Positions 59,598-64,000 of a stretch of 64,000 bases of DNA are shown here, piece by piece. The stretch lies in NCBI GenBank assembly GCA_965242865.1, contig CBDETK010000013.1, positions 3,648,001-3,712,000 of the forward strand. Reading direction: 5' to 3'. Below the pieces are notes generated by a model that had not been told where the DNA came from, did not search any database, and worked only from the letters and a program-made list of their open reading frames with translations. Source of the DNA: Candidatus Latescibacterota bacterium. GTDB taxonomy: Bacteria; Latescibacterota; UBA2968; UBA8231. The position numbers were made by a program, and so were the translations under genes. The stretch's first letter is position 1. Each line of letters opens with the position of its first letter.

Positions 59598-59777
59598 TCA
59601 ACCGACGGGTGCTTCTTGGCCATCCGGCAAATCGTCCTCTTTGTTATTCAGCTTCAACTCAAGTTCTGCGAGTTGGCGGCCTAGTTCCCCGGTGCGCCGG
59701 TTTAGGCGCATCAGATAGGCAAAAAGCACGGCCCACACGGCCGCGAAGGCGGCAAACAAGTAGTGGAGATTGTCCAT
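59598..59777 (-). CDS. ccmD: Heme exporter protein CcmD (not in the ORF track)
   Basis: 59 aa MDNLHYLFAAFAAVWAVLFAYLMRLNRR...; single TM plus coiled tail, directly after ccmC. Confidence 0.8.
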   Translation of the reverse strand: MDNLHYLFAAFAAVWAVLFAYLMRLNRRTGELGRQLAELELKLNNKEDDLPDGQEAPVG

Positions 59778-59783
59778 AGTCTC

Positions 59784-60452
59784 TTACGTTTCGTCTGTTA
59801 GTTTTTGCCGCATAGATGCAACGGCCTCTTCAATGCGGGCTAGTTCCATGCGTTGCGCTAGGAGGCGAAAGAGCAGCAGGAAGAAGGCCGCGTAGCAGAT
59901 CCACTTGGTGTATTGCATCCTCGGCTCGAGTTCCACGTTGCGCGGCGGGTGTAGCTGTTGGTCGGCGGCCCACAGATCGACGGCGTAGTACACTAAAGGA
60001 ACGTTGGCGAAGGCGAGAATGCCCAGTACAGCACTAGTGCGCTGTACCGAAGTAGAGTAACCATATCCTCGCACCATCAGGTAAGCGACGTAGATGGTGA
60101 AGGTGATTAGCATTGAGGTTAAGCGCGGCTCCCATCGCCAGTACACCCCCCAGATGGGTTTGGCCCACAAGGGCCCAGTGATCAGCACGATCAACGCAAA
60201 GACTACGCCCAATTCGGCGGAGCATCGCGCTAGGCGATCCCACCTGTCCTCCCGAGTACGCAGATACTGCACACTGCCAACAAATACCAAAAAAAAAGCT
60301 AAAAACGAAGAAATCGCCGCCGGTACGTGAAAGTAGAAGATTCGTTGGACGATTCCCATTTCTTTTTCTGTGGGGACCCAGAGAAAAATCGCCGCTAAGG
60401 CGACGAGCATGACCACAAAAACCAAACAGGAGAATGGGACCGAACGCATCAT
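59784..60452 (-). CDS. ccmC: Heme exporter/cytochrome c biogenesis protein CcmC
   Basis: QRIFYFHVPAA, TGPLWAKPIWGVYWRWEPRLTS (WWD domain), QLHP. Confidence 0.93.
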   Translation of the reverse strand: MMRSVPFSCLVFVVMLVALAAIFLWVPTEKEMGIVQRIFYFHVPAAISSFLAFFLVFVGSVQYLRTREDRWDRLARCSAELGVVFALIVLITGPLWAKPIWGVYWRWEPRLTSMLITFTIYVAYLMVRGYGYSTSVQRTSAVLGILAFANVPLVYYAVDLWAADQQLHPPRNVELEPRMQYTKWICYAAFFLLLFRLLAQRMELARIEEAVASMRQKLTDET

Positions 60453-61126
60453 TCCTCGATTGTGTATTCAAAGAGCATTAGGGAGAGCACCGTGAAAACC
60501 ACCGCGTACACTCCCAACATTTGCAGGTGCGGGAAGAGCTTTTCGCAACAGTCATTGACCAGCACTAGCCCTGTCGCCTCCACGCTGGAAATCAACGCCG
60601 GCAAGATCATGGGAAAGAGCAGGAGAGGCAGCAGCAACTCGCGCAAACGCATGTTGTTCGACAGGGCCGCAAAGAGTGTGCCCACCGATGCGATACAAGC
60701 CGATCCTAAGACGAAGACCGCTAGTAGGGGGAGTAAAAAGAAGCCTAGAGACAGATTAAAGAAGAGGGCGAAAAAGGGCAAACTCAGAATTTCAACCGCT
60801 AAAAGAAAAACAAAATTACCCAGCATTTTACCTAGATAGATGGAACCGCGGTCCCCCGGCGCCAACAGCAGGGCGTCGAGCGCGTCGTTTTCGCGTTCAT
60901 CGGCAAAAGAGCGGCCTAGACTCAGCAGGCTGGCGAAGACATAGGATGACCAGAGTGTACCAGGTCCAATCTCGCGTAGAGCGGTCTTGCCTAAATCAAA
61001 GGAGAAGTTGAACACCAGCAATATTAATAGTATAAAGAAGATCATCGGGCTGAGGCGTACCTTAGTGCGCCACTCGGCCTTAAGATCCTTCCGCAGTATC
61101 GCCAGTGTGCGCCTTAAAAAGCTCAT
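60449..61126 (-). CDS. ccmB: Heme exporter protein CcmB
   Basis: KDLKAEWRTK, RSFADERENDALD, RELLLPLLLFP. Confidence 0.92.
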   Translation of the reverse strand: MSFLRRTLAILRKDLKAEWRTKVRLSPMIFFILLILLVFNFSFDLGKTALREIGPGTLWSSYVFASLLSLGRSFADERENDALDALLLAPGDRGSIYLGKMLGNFVFLLAVEILSLPFFALFFNLSLGFFLLPLLAVFVLGSACIASVGTLFAALSNNMRLRELLLPLLLFPMILPALISSVEATGLVLVNDCCEKLFPHLQMLGVYAVVFTVLSLMLFEYTIEE

Positions 61127-61839
61127 AGGTCAGCGTCGAGATAGGGCGCACAGAGCCTGCACAGTTGGTTCGGGTCATCCGTCAGGGTTTGGTCCAAGCA
61201 CCATTGCCCGCGCCTGATCACCAACAGGCGATCCACTAGGCCATCGGCTTCGTCGAGGCGATGGGTCACCAAGATGTAAGTCCGCCCCTCTTGCCGAAAG
61301 CGGCGCACGAGGCGGTGCAATGCCGCACTAGCCCCAGTGTCGAGGCCGGTAAACGGCTCGTCAAACAAGAGAATAGAGGGACCATGCAGGGTGGCCCGGA
61401 CAATAGCCAGACGTTGCTTCATTCCGCGAGAGAACGAACTCACGCGCTGGTCGAGCCGCTCGTTCAGACCAATAGCTGCTAGGGCCGCAGCGATCCGGTC
61501 GTCGGGGTTTTCCAATCCATAGAGCTGGGCGAAGAAGCGCAGGTTCTCTCTCGCCGTCAGTTCGTCGTAGAGCAAGGTTTGATGCGAGAGCAGGCCGATC
61601 TCCGCTCGAGCCTCGGGAATGCACCGGGGATCGCGACCATTGATCCGTACGCTCCCCGCCGAAGGTTGGCAGAGGCCGGCCACCAGCCGCAGCAGGGTAC
61701 TCTTGCCCGCGCCATTAGCACCAACGAGCAGCACCGCTTGGCCACGTGGGATGACCAGATTGGTGGGATGCAGAGCTGGGTGGGGACCGAAGTGCTTGGC
61801 AGCACCCTCTAGGACGATTGCGTCGTCTCCACCCATCAC
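61123..61839 (-). CDS. ccmA: Heme ABC exporter ATPase CcmA
   Basis: GANGAGKST, FSRGMKQR, LFDEPFTGLD; precedes ccmB. Confidence 0.88.
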   Translation of the reverse strand: MMGGDDAIVLEGAAKHFGPHPALHPTNLVIPRGQAVLLVGANGAGKSTLLRLVAGLCQPSAGSVRINGRDPRCIPEARAEIGLLSHQTLLYDELTARENLRFFAQLYGLENPDDRIAAALAAIGLNERLDQRVSSFSRGMKQRLAIVRATLHGPSILLFDEPFTGLDTGASAALHRLVRRFRQEGRTYILVTHRLDEADGLVDRLLVIRRGQWCLDQTLTDDPNQLCRLCAPYLDADL

Positions 61840-62909
61840 GCTTCAAGCGCTTGCGTCAGAGCAACAGCCTCGCGCATCAGATGCTTTCGCCGGTCAATGT
61901 ACTGCGGATCGTCGGCTCGACCGACAAAAGAATCGTCGAGCCGAGCGAGTTCCTCAATGAGCTGTTGCCGCTTTTTTGATGCGCGGGCGCGATCGGTGTT
62001 TGGGGGTTGGCGGCTCAACGTCAACGCGACCCCACCGGCGACGAATGCGCCCGCGAGGGCGACCCATTTGAGCGACCAACGCAGCGAGGGGGCGAGGGGT
62101 AGAGGTAAGGGGATCGCTACTTGCTGGCTGGGCTGTAGGTTTTCTAGGACAATTTTTTGGTACTGGCGTCCGTGCTGTTCGACAATGCCTAGGTCAATAA
62201 ACGGTGGTTTGGGTTCCATGGAAGGGGGATCGAGAAAAACCTCCAAGCGGTCGGTCGGGTAAATCGCCTGATGCACATAAGGACTGTTGCGGATGTCGAG
62301 GTTAAAGGAAAAACTCCGCTGCGAGCGGCCTGGAGGCAGAGGCTGGTTGTCAAAGAAACGGCCTTCTCCGGCTTGGTGGAGGAGCCCCGAATGGCTTTGG
62401 GGGTTGAAGATGCCCGTTGGCAAGGCGAGTTCGATCACGCGACGCTCCTGCCCGTCGCCGCTGCCTGAGTAAGTCCGCTCTAGGGCGTTGTGAATTTGCA
62501 GGAGCTGGACACACTCAATCGCATTTTCGCGTAAAGAAAAAAAGAGATGGTGAGTACCGACTCGGATTCCAGAGGGGTCATTGGTTTTTTCGTAAACCTC
62601 GAGGATGACCTGTTGCTGGGCGCCGGCCTCAAGGGTTGAGGAGAAGTAAGGGATGCCGTCGTAGAAGGCAGCTAGCCCGAAGCGGAGGCCGCCCTGTAGG
62701 AAGGGGCCGGAAAAAGAGAAGTGCCCCTCGGCGTCAGTCTCCTTGCGCAGCATCTCGAGAATTTGGCCGTCTTGGCGGACGTAAAAAGCCACGGGAACGC
62801 CTGGGATTCGCGCTTGGGTGAAGGGATTGAGCACGTAACCGTTGATCGCCTCGCCCCGCAGGTCGGAAGCGCAAAGGACCATTGCCGCGCAAATCAAGCG
62901 CAGGACCAT
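61836..62909 (-). CDS. Exported hypothetical protein with carboxypeptidase-regulatory-like N-domain and C-terminal TM/coiled coil (ccm-associated)
   Basis: Signal peptide, TDAEGHFSF, C-terminal TM then LIEELARLDD...Y..RR..L. Confidence 0.65.
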   Translation of the reverse strand: MVLRLICAAMVLCASDLRGEAINGYVLNPFTQARIPGVPVAFYVRQDGQILEMLRKETDAEGHFSFSGPFLQGGLRFGLAAFYDGIPYFSSTLEAGAQQQVILEVYEKTNDPSGIRVGTHHLFFSLRENAIECVQLLQIHNALERTYSGSGDGQERRVIELALPTGIFNPQSHSGLLHQAGEGRFFDNQPLPPGRSQRSFSFNLDIRNSPYVHQAIYPTDRLEVFLDPPSMEPKPPFIDLGIVEQHGRQYQKIVLENLQPSQQVAIPLPLPLAPSLRWSLKWVALAGAFVAGGVALTLSRQPPNTDRARASKKRQQLIEELARLDDSFVGRADDPQYIDRRKHLMREAVALTQALEA

Positions 62910-62912
62910 GGT

Positions 62913-63356
62913 TCAGCTAGATTCCGCTAGAGAGGCCCCGCACTGCGGACAGAACCGATCGCCTTCGCGTCGCAAAGCCCCACAACTGCGGCAACGAGGA
63001 GTGGGGGTCTGTTGGCTTTGGCGCAGAGCCGCGACTTCTTCCTCTATGCGTCGTTCGAGTTGGTGGCTGCTCGCGCCGTTGAGCCGGTCCAACTCGCCTA
63101 TAACCGCTAGCGTCTCGGCCTCCAATTCGGCGAAGAGACGCTGAAAGTCCTCTGCGGACACTTTACCGAGCTCGCGGTCGAGTTCCAGCTCGACGATTTC
63201 GCCCAAAAGCTGCTCCTTGCGCTCAAAAAGCTGTCGCGTCGGCCTACTCGCCGCGCTTGCCCGCCCACTCGTTAGGAGGGGCCGTCCTAGATAGAGCAAC
63301 AGCCCCAATAGCAGAGCGACCGAACACAGTGTGGGTAAGAGTCCTAGCATATTCAT
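62913..63356 (-). CDS. CcmI-N-like membrane protein with C-terminal zinc ribbon
   Basis: N-terminal TM, ELELDRELGKVSAEDF, CRSCG...FCPQCG. Confidence 0.75.
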   Translation of the reverse strand: MNMLGLLPTLCSVALLLGLLLYLGRPLLTSGRASAASRPTRQLFERKEQLLGEIVELELDRELGKVSAEDFQRLFAELEAETLAVIGELDRLNGASSHQLERRIEEEVAALRQSQQTPTPRCRSCGALRREGDRFCPQCGASLAESS

Positions 63357-63369
63357 TATATGTACGCTC

Positions 63370-64000
63370 TCACGGCCCGCGTCGGTTCGGCCGAACGGGT
63401 CTGTCGTCGTAGTGATCCAATTCGCGTCTCAGGCGATCGGGGTCTTGACCGGGGTCGGCTGGAGGGGCCTTGGATTGCAGAGGGGCTCGGCCTTGGTCCT
63501 TCCAGCGAACCAGCAGCGTACGGACTAAGGCGACGCCAAACAAAAGAGCCAAAAAGGGCGCGACCCAAGCGAGCAAGTTAAAACCCTCGTGCGGCGGGAC
63601 CGCTAAGGCCATCGGGCCAAAACGCGCTACATAGCCATCGATGATCTGTTGCCGAGTCTGGTCTTGATCTAGTGCCAAGCCAATCGCCTCGCGTTCGGGG
63701 ACCGCGAAGTCGGTGCAAAGACAGGTGGCTAGAGATTCCCGGTTGCAATTGCCGCAGAGACAGACCAAATCCTCAGCCACCGCCTTGATTTCCGCCGTGG
63801 TTGCCGCTCCTACCGGCGAGAAGCTCAGGGCCAACGCAGCGAGTACGGACACGTAAGTACGAGCCCTTTGCGCGATGATCGAGCCCATTGCGCCCTCGCG
63901 GTCGAGCTGAGCTAGCCGTCGATCGCGCGGCGTGGGCCACATCGCCCACAGCGCACCAAGCACTAGGACGACAGCACCGAGCCACACGAAGTTGATTAGC
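63370..64000 (-). CDS. C-terminus of CcmF fused in frame to a CcmH-like domain (5' end outside the window)
   Basis: Frame open from the edge: LINFVWLGAVVLVLGALWAMWP (CcmF end), then LVCLCGNC...IIDGYVARFG..AL..PP..GFNLLAWVAP (CcmH). Confidence 0.75.
   Translation of the reverse strand, partial: LINFVWLGAVVLVLGALWAMWPTPRDRRLAQLDREGAMGSIIAQRARTYVSVLAALALSFSPVGAATTAEIKAVAEDLVCLCGNCNRESLATCLCTDFAVPEREAIGLALDQDQTRQQIIDGYVARFGPMALAVPPHEGFNLLAWVAPFLALLFGVALVRTLLVRWKDQGRAPLQSKAPPADPGQDPDRLRRELDHYDDRPVRPNRRGP

Overview
This 64-kb window spans the replication-origin region of a GC-rich bacterial chromosome. The core has gyrA-gyrB-dciA-recF-dnaN-[oriC]-dnaA on the minus strand, rpmH-rnpA-yidD-yidC-mnmE-[2 parS, IS982]-rsmG on the plus strand, three tRNAs, pgsA-like/tmk/ctpA, rng-rplU-rpmA, sucCD and part of a cytochrome c maturation (ccm) operon. 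The left ~30 kb is accessory and catabolic: PQQ dehydrogenases, two sulfatases, a sugar ABC transporter, dehydratases, SCO/PCuAC, a squalene/phytoene synthase, and LRR/YWTD and ankyrin proteins. It also holds several internally deleted pseudogenes. There are four dead IS copies across the window. FlgD-Ig/T9SS-like C-terminal tails, sulfatases and eukaryote-like repeat proteins suggest an FCB-superphylum (Latescibacterota-like) organism, possibly host-associated; this is inference only. The best novelty candidate is an unannotated ~170-200 nt structured RNA (56785-56992, minus strand). It has its own sigma70 promoter and intrinsic terminator and a C-rich anti-Shine-Dalgarno loop. It is divergent from an XRE regulator, and both promoters carry a matching CACAC-N6-KTGTG operator-like site. 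Other notable items are a PQQ-dehydrogenase-ankyrin fusion, a GyrA-like helical insert in CtpA, a second DnaA-box cluster ~7 kb from oriC, tandem DUF151-UVR nucleases and a CcmF-CcmH fusion. All family assignments come from motif recognition by eye; no database searches were run.
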